Shown here one piece after another: positions 27,621 through 37,881 of a stretch of 64,000 nucleotides of DNA. A model generated the notes under the pieces. It was not told where the DNA came from and made no database searches. It saw nothing but the letters and a program-made list of their open reading frames with translations. Positions within the stretch are counted from its first letter, which is position 1. Every line of letters begins with the position of its first letter. This DNA is from Naegleria gruberi (lineage: Eukaryota). The translations under genes were made by a program, and so were the position numbers. Where the stretch lies: NCBI GenBank assembly GCA_000004985.1, contig GG738852.1, one strand, 5' to 3'.

Positions 27621-29960
27621 ATGTTATCATTTACTTCTATTCAATTACAAAAGAATTTTAATTCCATCCAAGAAAATTTAATGACAAGGAATATACTATT
27701 AACTCCTGGAGAGACGATTCAAATTAATTCTCAAGTATTTTCAGTGAATTTATATTCATCATCGGATCAAAATAATTTAAATGATGAATTTCAAAAATCA
27801 ATTAGTGGACAAGTAGAAAACACAGAATTTATTCAATGTAAAGATCATTTGTTTACAATTGATAATTTATTACACGCTGATGAGTGTAGAGAAATTTTAC
27901 GCATGGAAGATTCCATTTACTTTACACCAATTTCGTCCGAATATCCTGAAGAGTATAGAAATAGCAAACGAATTGTTTATAATGATAAAGAACTTTCACA
28001 GAGATTATGGCGACGATTGAAAAAGTTTCTAGTTGATTGCAATTTCATGAAACCGTATGGTTTAGACACGGATGGATATTGGATTCCAATTGGTGTGAAT
28101 GAATGTTTGAGATTGAGTAAATATGAACCAGGGAATTATTTCAAACCTCACACAGATGGTCAATTTCTCAGAAATGATAATGAGAGAAGTATTTATACTT
28201 TACTAATCTATTTGAACGATGATTTTAAAGGAGGAGAAACCGAATTCTTACAAAGAGTAGATCCAACAGAGGAGTCTATCACCAAATTCAAACATATTTG
28301 TGCAATTAATCCAAGAATGGGATCTGCTGCAATATTTAATCATGAATTGTATCATCAGGGATGTATGGTCACTTCAGGGATCAAGTATATTTTGAGAACT
28401 GAGATAATGTTCAAGAGAATTGATTCAACAGAACAATTGGTGAATAAGAAGAATGATTTGCTTCACAATCAAATTATGAATCTCTTGAAAACAAGTGATG
28501 ATCTAGAAAAGAAAGGTGAAGTGATGGAATCTACCTATTACTATAGAAAAGCACAAGAGCTGTTAATTCAATATGGACATTCCACCTCATTATTGCTGGT
28601 ACCTACCTTTTCCAAGTCAAAAATCAGTTCCGAAGATTATTCTCTGAAAAGTACATTTTCTCAATTACCTGATGAGCTACTCATTCACATTTTCAAATAT
28701 TTGATGGATTGGGAAATTTGCCAACTCATTCTTCCACTCGATAGGTATTTCAATTATATTGGCAGAGACTTACAATTATGGGAATGGATGTATATGAACA
28801 AATGGGGAAATTCTATCACAAATTTATTGAAACAATTTAATGCAAGAAATACTGAGGAACTAAGAGAATTCAATTCACAAGACAATACGAGCTCACTTGA
28901 GGAAACACCAGCTGAGGAACAAGATTGGTTTCATATCTATATTATGAAACGTTATTTTGAAAAGGAATTTGAGCCAGTCTTTATTGATTATGGAAGTAAC
29001 CTATATGCAAACACCTATTTTTCATCAATTGATGGTCCTGTTCAAACTACTTTAACTAAAGTTCTTAGACCTCCAGCCTCTCAGTAAGTATTTCTATAGT
29101 TCATCTAGTTGATGACCATTATTTCAGCTTTTCACTTCCAAGATTTTCTTCTTATGGATTAATGGGAGATAATATTGATAGAGGACGTACTATAGATATG
29201 TTTGATGGTAATGGATTTAAAAAGCATATTCAAGTATTCACCTTTTTAATATACAAGAAAATGAAAAAGAGTTGTCAACGAAATCCACTTGTTGTCAGCT
29301 TGAATTCTAGAGCAATGGTTGACTTTGCAAAGGTCAAGGAAAGTATTTTGAATTTTTTGGTAAGTAGTATTGAAAATTCAACTATTAAATAATGTGAAAT
29401 AGTTCAGAATTCGTATTCCAGCCGTTTGCATTCTTCCAAGATGTTATCTATTGTCAATTTATTATAATCTTCCAACTTGCATAGTAGTGGATATTGGCAA
29501 ATATGATATTTATGTTCATACAGTTATTCAACATGATAAGGATCAAATAGGTACATTACATGCTGAATTTGATATTTATGGATCAAGTATCAACTTGTTC
29601 GAAACAGCTCAATCTACTGAAGAAAAAATCAAGTACATTGAAAATTGTGAAATTACTAAAGCCATTAATCAATTATTAGATCAGCATCCAAAAGAACTGA
29701 GAGCAGAATTGTTGGATAATATTATTTTCTCTGGAAATCTTGTGGAAATGGAATCATTATCAGACGTTCAACATGAAAGGAATCAAATTCTTAACATGTT
29801 CAATTCACCACATTCCACCTATCGAGTGAAACATCAAACGAGTGGTGAGGAGGCCATTCAGTCAGCCATTAATTTCTCAAAACTTCCAAACTTTAAAGAT
29901 TATTGCTCTTTCTGGTTTGATTGTGAAAAGATTGTTGAGTCAAAAGACACATTTATTTAA
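27621..29960 (+). CDS. Fusion protein: prolyl-4-hydroxylase-like 2OG-Fe(II) oxygenase, F-box and divergent actin-fold (ARP-like) domain (3 exons)
   Basis: Exons 27621..29083, 29128..29359 and 29403..29960 join in frame through introns 29084..29127 (44 nt) and 29360..29402 (43 nt).
- Oxygenase core: LRLSKYEPGNYFKPHTDGQF (HxD)...YTLLIYLNDDFKGGETEF...HELYHQG...KYILRTEIMF.
- F-box: LPDELLIHIFKYLMDWEICQLI.
- Actin-like C-terminus: VFIDYGSNLYANTYF (phosphate-1 DxGS), NPLVVSLNSRAMVDFAKVKESILNFLFRIRIPAVCILPRCYLLSIYYNLPTCIVVDIGKYDIYVHTVI (phosphate-2 DxG), collinear with actin. Confidence 0.75.
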
Positions 29961-30138
29961 TTTGGATATTTGAAAGTGGAACTGTGTTTATTTCAGTAAG
30001 GATGAACAGTTTCTTTAGTCTTTTTTCAACATTCGTCTCACTAATTTTAACAGCGCTTAATTTGGTAAACAGTAAAAAACCTGCCCTTAGAGATACAATT
30101 AGAGCAGAGCACTACTTATATGCATATACAAGAAAAAT

Positions 30139-31540
30139 ATGTCTCAACTCATGGTTCGAAGCTATTCATTCCTCCTGTTGATGATGCTCTTGAGTGCAGT
30201 ATTGATGATGTTCATCTCAGCAGCATCACCAATGAATGCTCAATCCACCAGAGCATCCAATGTTCTTTCATTATTGAATGAAAAGAAGGAACAATTAGAG
30301 AAGGTAAATAATGGCTTGTCGGAAACGAGCTTGTTGATGATTGCAAGCAAGAGGGAACAATCTTCCCCTCTCTACACTGCCTACAGTGAGGAAAAGAATA
30401 GAATTTATAATGTATTGGTAGCAACAAAGGCAGAATTGGAATATGAAGTTCAACTTCCTTCAAAAATTATACAATTCATCGATCAATGAATCAACAACCT
30501 CAACAACAAGTGAAGCAGATTTGAAAAAGCAGATGAAACTTGAGCAAGAAGCTGCTGCTGTCAAGAAAGTAGAACAAGAAAGAAAATTGAAAGAGGAACA
30601 GGAAAAGAAGATTAAGGAAGAACAAGAAAAGAAACTGAAATTAGAACAAGAAGCTACTGTTGTTGCTGCCAAGAAAGCAGAACAAGAAAAGAAGATTAAG
30701 GAAGAACAAGAGAGAAAACTCAAAGCTGCTGAAGAAGAAGAAAGAAAGTTGAAAGAAGAAGCTGCTAAAAAAGCTGAACAAGAGAAAAAACTGAAAGAAG
30801 AACAAGAAAAGAAATTGAAATTAGAACAAGAAGCTGCTGCTGTCAAGAAAGCAGAACAAGAAAGAATTCAAAAGGAAGAGCAAGCGAGAAAAGCACTCGA
30901 ACTTGAAAGAAAGGCAGAACAAGAAAGAAAGGCCAAGGAAGAAAAAAGAATCCAAGAAGAAAGAGATAGATTAATCCCAACTATTGGTGAATTGGTCGAT
31001 TCTGATTTATTGACACCTTCTCAATCTGAAAGATTTATGAAAGAAATCATGAAAGGAGTCAACCAACAATTACCTCACAGAATTTGGAAAGCCAAGAAGC
31101 ACGGCTCATCAATTGCTAATTTCCATGCTACATGTGATAACATGGGACCAACCATTGTGTTGGCCAAGACTAGAAATGGAGCTGTATTTGGAGCCTATTC
31201 AAAGATTTCATATTCCCTATCAGGTGATTATGTTTCTGATCCAGCTGCTTTTATGTTTAGTTTGATTTCGGCTGAGGGAGAACAAAGATTTGTCAAGTTG
31301 ACCCAAACACCACAAATTGTTGATGGAAAACAAACTTATCCAACTTCAAAGATTCATAACGCAAATCATTTGATTACTTTTGGAGGTGGTTATGACTTGC
31401 TCATATCAGACAATACTGTTAGCTTGAGTTCTTCCCTTGTTTGTCATACTTATTGTGCTCCACAAGTTACAAATCCAAAGACTTACCTTGCTGGTGAAAG
31501 AACATTTATGATTGACGATTTTGAAGTTTATAGAGTTTAA
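30139..31540 (+). CDS. TLDc-domain protein with a long charged coiled-coil repeat; possible signal-anchor first exon
   Basis: The main ORF 30443..31540 ends in a TLDc domain (HRIWKAKKHGSSIANFHATCDNMGPTIVLAKTRNGAVFGAYS...PAAFMFSL...FGGGYDLLISDN). That frame is open from 30422, directly after an AG. ORF 30139.. (MSQLMVRSYSFLLLMMLLSAVLMMFISAAS, ATG after an A-rich context) reaches a phase-0 GTAAAT donor at 30304. A tentative 118-nt intron 30304..30421 would therefore join the two in frame. Confidence 0.65.
30540..30960 (+). repeat. Degenerate in-frame coding repeat (K/E/Q-rich coiled coil) inside the TLDc gene
   Basis: Reiterated KLKEEQEKK(I/L)K(L)EQEAAAVKKAEQE(R/K)K units. The same DNA gives the spurious S/C/F-rich antisense ORF 30460..30846. 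Confidence 0.7.
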
Positions 31541-31596
31541 ATTAATACACATTCGAAATATCTTTGTGAAATTTTGTTTGTATTATAGAATGTAAT

Positions 31597-32019
31597 TTAA
31601 GGTCTTCCTCTTCCACTAGTTCGCAAGCATTCACATGTTGGACAACCATGTCTATCTCTCTCAAATCCATTTTCACAAAACATTGTACAAGTGGCACGAT
31701 TACACTTCTTCACTCTCAATGGACGAATAAAATTACATTTACAAATTGGACAACCATTTCTTCTGTTCACTCTGAGTCCATATCGACACTTCTTTACAGT
31801 ACAAGAGGTACTTTGACCATAGCATTTGATGAATTGAAATCTAATCCAACGAACGAAATCATTGAGATCACCCTTGTGTCTTCTGTAGAGGAAACGATCT
31901 TTAGGATAACCAAAGAGTTTTTGATGAGTTTCGGCTTTCTCTTCTTGGAAACTGAATTGAATAAAGAGGCAGAGAATGATAGCAAGCAATGAAAGGGCAA
32001 TGATTTGTTTTGATTTCAT
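31597..32019 (-). CDS. Small secreted cysteine-rich protein with two antistasin-like domains
   Basis: Signal peptide MKSKQIIALSLLAIILCLFIQFSF. Two units, CTVKKCRYGLRVNRRNGCPICKC and CNRATCTMFCENGFERDRHGCPTCEC, match the antistasin-type spacing C..C..G....D..GC..C.C. Genuine ATG after an A-run. Confidence 0.6.
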   Translation of the reverse strand: MKSKQIIALSLLAIILCLFIQFSFQEEKAETHQKLFGYPKDRFLYRRHKGDLNDFVRWIRFQFIKCYGQSTSCTVKKCRYGLRVNRRNGCPICKCNFIRPLRVKKCNRATCTMFCENGFERDRHGCPTCECLRTSGRGRP

Positions 32020-32224
32020 TTTTTAAGCTAAATTGATGATGATCTGAATCTAGAAGTTTCTATTTATGATAAAAGAAATGAGGAATTCGAATTAGAACCG
32101 AATGAATGAAGAAAATTTCTTTTTCTGAAAGGACGAAAAGAGAAATTAACTAAACTCGATGGGAATTCACAACGTTTAAAAAGATATCACTCATAACTTT
32201 GAATTGACAACTTTCCAATTAAAA

Positions 32225-32623
32225 ATGAAATCAAATCGTTTGGTTATTATTGCACTTCTCATGGTTCTGGTTGGCTTGATGATTGCAACGACAATTGTAA
32301 GCTGCCAAGAAGCTAGTGATACTACTATAATTGCTGAAGACAGTTCTGGTCAATCAGGAGAACAACAAGGTGGTGATTCTGATAGTGCAGATACATTGAG
32401 TCCAGGTGATGTAGAAGATTCAGATACTACCGACATTCCAGTTGACATTAACGTTGGTAGAGGAGGAAATACAAGAGATGTTAATAGTTTAAGGGGATTT
32501 AATATACTTCACGAACATTTAGATTGTAAGCCAAGTTCCAAAATGTTATTGGCTTGTAGTAAGTGTGCAGAAAAAGTATTAAGCTTTGACAGAAATGGGT
32601 GTTTGGTCTGTTCTTGTAATTAA
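32225..32623 (+). CDS. Small secreted/anchored acidic protein with one C-terminal antistasin-like motif
   Basis: The genuine ATG at 32225 follows an A-run; the track start at 32204 is TTG. Hydrophobic leader LVIIALLMVLVGLMIATTIVSC, then an acidic low-complexity middle. The C-terminus is CKPSSKMLLACSKCAEKVLSFDRNGCLVCSC. Transcribed divergently from 31597..32019. Confidence 0.5.
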   Translation: MKSNRLVIIALLMVLVGLMIATTIVSCQEASDTTIIAEDSSGQSGEQQGGDSDSADTLSPGDVEDSDTTDIPVDINVGRGGNTRDVNSLRGFNILHEHLDCKPSSKMLLACSKCAEKVLSFDRNGCLVCSCN

Positions 32624-32635
32624 ACAACTAATAAA

Positions 32636-34129
32636 TTAATTGAGCAAATTGAGAGCTTCAATCAAATTCTTTCTGGCAGTATCTACATCTTCAAATTGAA
32701 GTGAACTAATTGCAAATTTACATAATTTTTGTGCCTTCATCATATCATCGAGAGAGACTTCTCTCTTTGGTCCATTAGTATTGAGAACTGGTTGAGTAGT
32801 AGTGGTGGAATATGTTGGAGTTACAGGAGATGAGCTAATTGGAGTAGATGATGAGCTTGCTGGTTTTGGAATTGTTGAAACAGATTTTGGTTGTTGAAGT
32901 GGTTGTTGAGGTGGTTGAGTAAAAACAGGAGGTTGTACAAATTGTTGTTGTTGAGGTGGTTGAGGAGGAGGTTGATTAAATGTTGGTTGTTGTTGTTGAG
33001 GAGGAGGTTGTACAAATTGTTGTTGTTGTTGAGGTGGTTGTTGATATTGTGGTGGAACAAATGAAGGAGGTGAAACTTGTCTTGGAGGTTCATAAACAGT
33101 TGGTGAAGTGTTAAATGCAGATCTATTATTTGTTGGTGGAATAGGAGGTTGATTCCATGATGGGAAAGATTGTTCTTCTGTTGTTGTTGGAGAAATTTTC
33201 ATGGCATCATGATTAGTGTCAAAACTCCATGATGAAGGTTGTGGAATATTATTGTTGATATTAACTGAAGATGTTTGTTGTGAAGTTGACAAATTGAGTA
33301 ATCGTTGTTGTTCCATCAAATATTTAGTAACTTCATCTTCGTCATTGGAAGCATCATTGTTAATAGTATTTGCTGTTTGAGTTGGCATGTATTGCAATTG
33401 ATCATCTTCCTCTTCAGCTGTTTCTTCACTTGTAACTGGAGTAACAGGTTGACCTGTTCTAACTGATTTTTGAATTTCAGCAGCTCTCCACTTGGCATAC
33501 TTTTGTTTTTCCATCATCTATTAGTAATAATTAAATATGTTATTATATAATATGAAATTATTCAATGGAACCGAATGATAATAAAACACATACATCCGAA
33601 CTTAAATCACCAAATTGTTTGGTAACTTCAATCAAAATAGAGGCAGCATAATATAATTTAGCAATTTGACTATTTTCCAATGTTTTTAAACAATGATTGG
33701 TTGTTAATCAATTTAAATTATTATTATTATCATCATCATATTCATAAATATGTTTAATTAATATTATTAAATATATAAATAACAATAATAATAATAAACT
33801 TACGTATCGTGTCTTCCTGCACGATCGGCATCATCAGCCTTTTTAAAAACCTTCAAAGCAAAAACTTCAACAACACCCTTGGCTTCATCTTCTTGTGCTT
33901 CAATATTCAATTGTTCCTTATCTTGTTCCAATTGATCCATCAATCCAGTAAGTAAATTAGTAGCTTCATCATCGGCCTGATCTTGCGATTGAATAATTGA
34001 AATTCCCAATTGTGCAGCATAGGTTCTACAATAAAAACTCACAATAGGAGCTCTCTTTTCAAATTCATTGGCTCTTTGAATATAGGGAACGAGCGGCTTC
34101 AAGGAGGCTGGGTAATCATTGAGGGACAT
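32636..34129 (-). CDS. VTA1: Vta1/LIP5 (Vps4 cofactor, ESCRT-III disassembly), 3 exons
   Basis: Exons 33804..34129, 33594..33669 and 32636..33517 join in frame through introns 33670..33803 (134 nt) and 33518..33593 (76 nt). Collinear with human VTA1:
- LKPLVPYIQRANEFEKRAPIVSFYCRTYAAQLG
- ALKVFKKADDADRAGRHDT|QIAKLYYAASILIEVTKQFGDLSSD|MMEKQKYAKWRAAEI
- a Q/P-rich linker
- C-terminal VSL domain MMKAQKLCKFAISSLQFEDVDTARKNLIEALNLL. Confidence 0.85.
32928..33040 (-). repeat. Q/P-rich coding low-complexity region with a ~35-bp direct repeat (Vta1 linker)
   Basis: The plus-strand string aggaggttgtacaaattgttgttgttgaggtggttg occurs twice (near 32928 and 33003), encoding QQQQFVQPP twice. It also produces the spurious overlapping ORF 32821..33093. 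Confidence 0.6.
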
Positions 34130-34985
34130 TTTTTTTTAATAATTTTAATGGGAAGAAATTGTTGTATTTTAATGTTCCTCTATGAACATCTTCCTCTTCT
34201 AATTGAAAAACATTAAAATTTTATAAAAAAAAAATGAAAAGAAGCGCGGAGATTTGAATTGGAAGGTTAATTGGAAGATGGAGTAGGGATTTGATGATCT
34301 TAATGCAATTACTTTGTAAGAAATATCGCTCCTCTAAAATTAAGCAACTTATGTTCATGAATTAAATTATTATTTGAGTAAACTAATCTCGAATGATTGA
34401 TGGAATTAGGTTGGATTTGAAATTGGCATTGGTACGTTAAATACTTAATATTTTGGATGATGATTTATATAGTAAGAAATCTTATCCTAAAACAATGACT
34501 GGCTTTTTGAATCAAAGTTAGTTTCACTTAAGCTTTGTTGTCAATAATTCACAAGTCAACTAACCTGTATATGGGGAAGATAACTCTAGTTTTCTGAATT
34601 GATTCTTGATTATTTGGTAATTGTAAGTTATTTGAATAATTCAATGCATTCACACAACCTAAATTGTTAGCGTTTATTCTTGTAATTTGAAACTTGATAG
34701 TTAGTGTCAGTTCATTCCAGAACTTGTAAAATTTCAATAAAGTTGAACTGTAAATTTGATACCTTGTTTATTGAAAATTGAGTACCATTTCATAAAAAAC
34801 AAGGGTAATAGATTAGTAGAAATTGGTGTATTGTTGGATAAAACAATTTTTAACCAAGCCAGACCTAAATCCATCACAGTAAGTGTGTTTTGAAATAAAC
34901 AAGAGACCTTCTTTCATTACCATTGAAAATGATTTAGAGAATATCAAGAGTTTAATGAACTAGAGCTCAAGTTGAAAATGATTCT

Positions 34986-35381
34986 TTATTTACAATCATC
35001 CATAATTTCCTTACTGATCTGTTCAACGATTTTGGCTTCCTTTGCTGCTGTTTCATTATCAGAATCAATCATTCCTATTAATTGAGTTGGTAACATCGTT
35101 GTCATCTTTAATGGTCCACCTTTTACTTCAGAATAGATCATTACTCTACAAGGAAGTGCCAAAGCAATCATTCTGTTCGATTTCACAACAGACGAAGCAA
35201 TCACAGGATTACAAATCTCGCACACTATACATTCCTCATCATATTCAATTTGTTTTTCATTGAATTTTTGCTTGAAATTATGAGAAATCAAAACTCCGAA
35301 CTGTCTCTTCTGACAAGATTGTTTGAAACGTTCGATGAGAATTGATGGCTCAGTTTCACTAGTTTCAACAGTGTAATACAT
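34986..35381 (-). CDS. DUF302-family small protein (bacterial-type)
   Basis: Single 131-aa ORF with a genuine ATG after an A-run. The pattern FGVLISHNF...IVCEICNPVIASSVV...ALALPCRVMIYSE..G...M fits DUF302 (F.v....d......il..CnP..a......lPCrv.vye). Confidence 0.65.
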   Translation of the reverse strand: MYYTVETSETEPSILIERFKQSCQKRQFGVLISHNFKQKFNEKQIEYDEECIVCEICNPVIASSVVKSNRMIALALPCRVMIYSEVKGGPLKMTTMLPTQLIGMIDSDNETAAKEAKIVEQISKEIMDDCK

Positions 35382-35511
35382 TTTTTTGAGTTGTTTTTAT
35401 ATGAAACTGTTCGTGTTGATCTCAAACCTTAAATAGATTTGAATAGGACGGCAGATTTGGTCGGCGAAAATTGAGGGGAAATTTGTGTTGTAAAAACTGA
35501 AATTCTTTCCA

Positions 35512-36420
35512 TCAATCAGCATCACAACCACAACTGCCACACGAGCCATCTGAATAATAATCATAGGTGTAGGTATCAGAAGTGGAGGTATTGTCAATTG
35601 GTGGGTCATCTTTTTTGTTGTTAACTTTCTCTGTTTTAGATGCCCAACAAAAAATCAAAACAATTACAACAATTCCACCTACGATGATAAAGGGTGGAAT
35701 GCTTGATGGAGTGCATAATTCAATTGTTGAACTCTTTACAATTCCTTTCAAATTAATACTCATGACACTTTGTGGAGAAAGTTGTCTGAAATGTTCTTCA
35801 ATTCTATGCATTCCTTTTTCAATAACCTTTGGAGAAACATCATCGTTCAGTCGATACAATTTTGAAGGATATTCAATTCTGAAAGTAGCTTTGTCAACAT
35901 ATCCCTTTTTAAATTTCATATTCCATCCCAATTCGAAAGTCTTTCGTTCACCATCTTGATAGCCAGCCAGTGGTCCTTTAATTAAATAGGTGAAAGTGAA
36001 TTTGACATAGGTAGTTTGATCTGTTGGTGTTCTTTCTTTTAGGAAAGCAATTATGGAAAAACAGGATTTTTTCTGAGATAGATCTGTTTCAGTTTTGAAC
36101 ACTTTCGAATAATTGGAAGAAACCATCAAATCTTCAACAATAAACTGCCCTGCATTAAAAGGTAAATTAGAATGACAAATAGCTCTCTCAACTCTTCCAA
36201 AATCTCCCTCAAAACCAAACACTATTTCTTCCTGCACATTGATCATACATGAACTGCCCAATCTCAGAGTTGACATTACAGAAGAAACCCAATAATACTT
36301 TTTTGATTTTGAATTGAAAAACCATGCCTCTACCAATGAACCCCCAACAATCATCAACACGATCACGAACACTCCCATTACAAGAGGCAGCAATGATCCT
36401 TTTCTAAGTAGTTGAGCCAT
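35512..36420 (-). CDS. Hypothetical type-I/II membrane protein
   Basis: The genuine ATG is at 36420 (MAQLLRKGSLLPLVMGVFVIVLMIVGG); the track start at 36471 is TTG. A second TM lies near the C-terminus (IPPFIIVGGIVVIVLIFCW), with a Cys-rich end GSCGSCGCDAD. No family recognised. Confidence 0.5.
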   Translation of the reverse strand: MAQLLRKGSLLPLVMGVFVIVLMIVGGSLVEAWFFNSKSKKYYWVSSVMSTLRLGSSCMINVQEEIVFGFEGDFGRVERAICHSNLPFNAGQFIVEDLMVSSNYSKVFKTETDLSQKKSCFSIIAFLKERTPTDQTTYVKFTFTYLIKGPLAGYQDGERKTFELGWNMKFKKGYVDKATFRIEYPSKLYRLNDDVSPKVIEKGMHRIEEHFRQLSPQSVMSINLKGIVKSSTIELCTPSSIPPFIIVGGIVVIVLIFCWASKTEKVNNKKDDPPIDNTSTSDTYTYDYYSDGSCGSCGCDAD

Positions 36421-36874
36421 TTTGTTTTTGAAGAATTTTTGTTTTCTCGCAGAGATGGAAATTGCAACCAACTTTCAACTTGGAACATTGCTCTGCATTT
36501 ACAGCTTGAATTGATATGGAAAACACGTGTTTTTTTGAAACAAGATTCTATCAATAGCACAGTTGCAATCCAAGCTATCAGTTTGAATCATTTCCTGAAA
36601 AGAAAATCAATACTGACACTCAATACATTAAGCAGTACAACTCGATGTGAAATATCTTGGAGGAAGATCTGCGAAAAGGCGGACAAGTTGAACGTTAGGA
36701 AAAATCAAATTTCGATTTTTTTCAAAAACTTTAAAAAAACCAACAAATTAAATTTCCTTCATAGAGAGTTTGTGTGCTCCGAAGATTACTTGTTAAATGG
36801 AAGGAAGAGAATAGAGGATATTTAGATATTGAATAGAATATTATCAAAACAAAAGAATATAAATCTAATATATA

Positions 36875-37729
36875 ATGCTGCTGCGAGGAATTACCAACAT
36901 CAAGTTTAATCATACAACAACAAGAAGAAACAGCCTAACAATGACGATGATGATGATAAATATTGCTTCACTATTATTAATCATTAATATGATGATAATG
37001 GTGATACAGAGTAATGGATTGGTGGAGGCTCAAAACTTTTGTAAGACTTATACAGACTGCTCGGGATGTGTTCAATCACCAGATAATGGTTGTGTTTGGT
37101 GTTCTTCATCGAGATTGTGTGTACCAGTGACTTCTACCTTCTCACCATCGATAGGTTATACTATTGAAGCTGAGTGTCCTATTCAGAGTGAACCAATTTC
37201 ACTATTTACAGAGATGTGTACTGATCCACTTTTTGAAATTTGTGGTAATAGAGAATTGCCCAATATTGTGGAATCTAATTCATCTCTTTTCGATGCTTCT
37301 TCATCAACATTTGAAAGTACTAAATCTAATCAAAGTGTAAAGGATGTTTCATTGTGTCAGGAACATACAGATTGTGTTTCTGATAAGAATTGTGTCTATG
37401 TTTCAAGGGGTTTTTTCACAATTACTGATCCAGAGAGTTTGGAATCGAGAGTTATTCCACTTGGAGCGAATGGAACTTGTTGGAGAGCTTTACCTGTTCT
37501 TGGCTCACCTGTTTCATATAATGTTCATCGTGGAGGTTTAATTTACTCTCTCACTACACAAGAAACCTACTATGCAACATGTGTCATTAGAGAAGTGTAC
37601 TATTGGGTCATTATTGGATGCAGTTTATTGGCCATTTCATGTTGCATTTGTACTGGATGTGTTTGTTGTCTGTGTTGTTTCTGTTTCTATTGTAAGAGAG
37701 ATAGAAGATACATTTCACTCAATGGTTAA
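36875..37729 (+). CDS. PSI-domain membrane protein with a Cys-rich (palmitoylation-like) tail
   Basis: Leader IASLLLIINMMIMVIQS. PSI-like motif CKTYTDCSGCVQSPDNGCVWCSSSRLC. C-terminal TM YWVIIGCSLLAISCCICTGCVCCLCCFCFYC followed by KRDRR. Confidence 0.6.
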   Translation: MLLRGITNIKFNHTTTRRNSLTMTMMMINIASLLLIINMMIMVIQSNGLVEAQNFCKTYTDCSGCVQSPDNGCVWCSSSRLCVPVTSTFSPSIGYTIEAECPIQSEPISLFTEMCTDPLFEICGNRELPNIVESNSSLFDASSSTFESTKSNQSVKDVSLCQEHTDCVSDKNCVYVSRGFFTITDPESLESRVIPLGANGTCWRALPVLGSPVSYNVHRGGLIYSLTTQETYYATCVIREVYYWVIIGCSLLAISCCICTGCVCCLCCFCFYCKRDRRYISLNG

Positions 37730-37881
37730 TTTATTTTTCAATATTGTGAAACACTCAACTTGTTGATTAAATATAACATTACTTTTGAAACATTCTATTC
37801 AATTATTTAATATTATTTAATATTATTTATAAGATTTAAAATTTCCCCTTTTTTAGAAATTTAAAATTTGAATAGAAAAAA

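Noticed and set aside
30304-30347. A 44-nt gtaaat..caag candidate intron inside the leader ORF upstream of the TLDc gene
   Set aside because: Splicing it leads into an in-frame stop within 14 codons (..cta cag tga). The 118-nt alternative ending at 30421 is the only one that joins the two ORFs in frame.
30460-30846. Antisense 128-aa S/C/F-rich ORF opposite the TLDc coiled-coil repeat
   Set aside because: It is a mirror image of the purine-rich K/E/Q coding repeat. It is low complexity and has no independent start context.
32821-33093. Alternate-frame N/L/H-rich ORF within the Vta1 gene (and 33316..33498)
   Set aside because: It is produced by the CAA/CCA-rich Q/P linker of Vta1. The Vta1 frame is supported by collinearity with human VTA1 on both sides.
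34140-34985. Unusually long (~850 bp) ORF-free spacer between Vta1 and DUF302, scanned for ncRNA, tRNA or small exons (TGATGA-like boxes at about 34293 and 34455)
   Set aside because: I found no cloverleaf, no paired C/D boxes at proper spacing, and no convincing exon chain. It remains unannotated rather than called.
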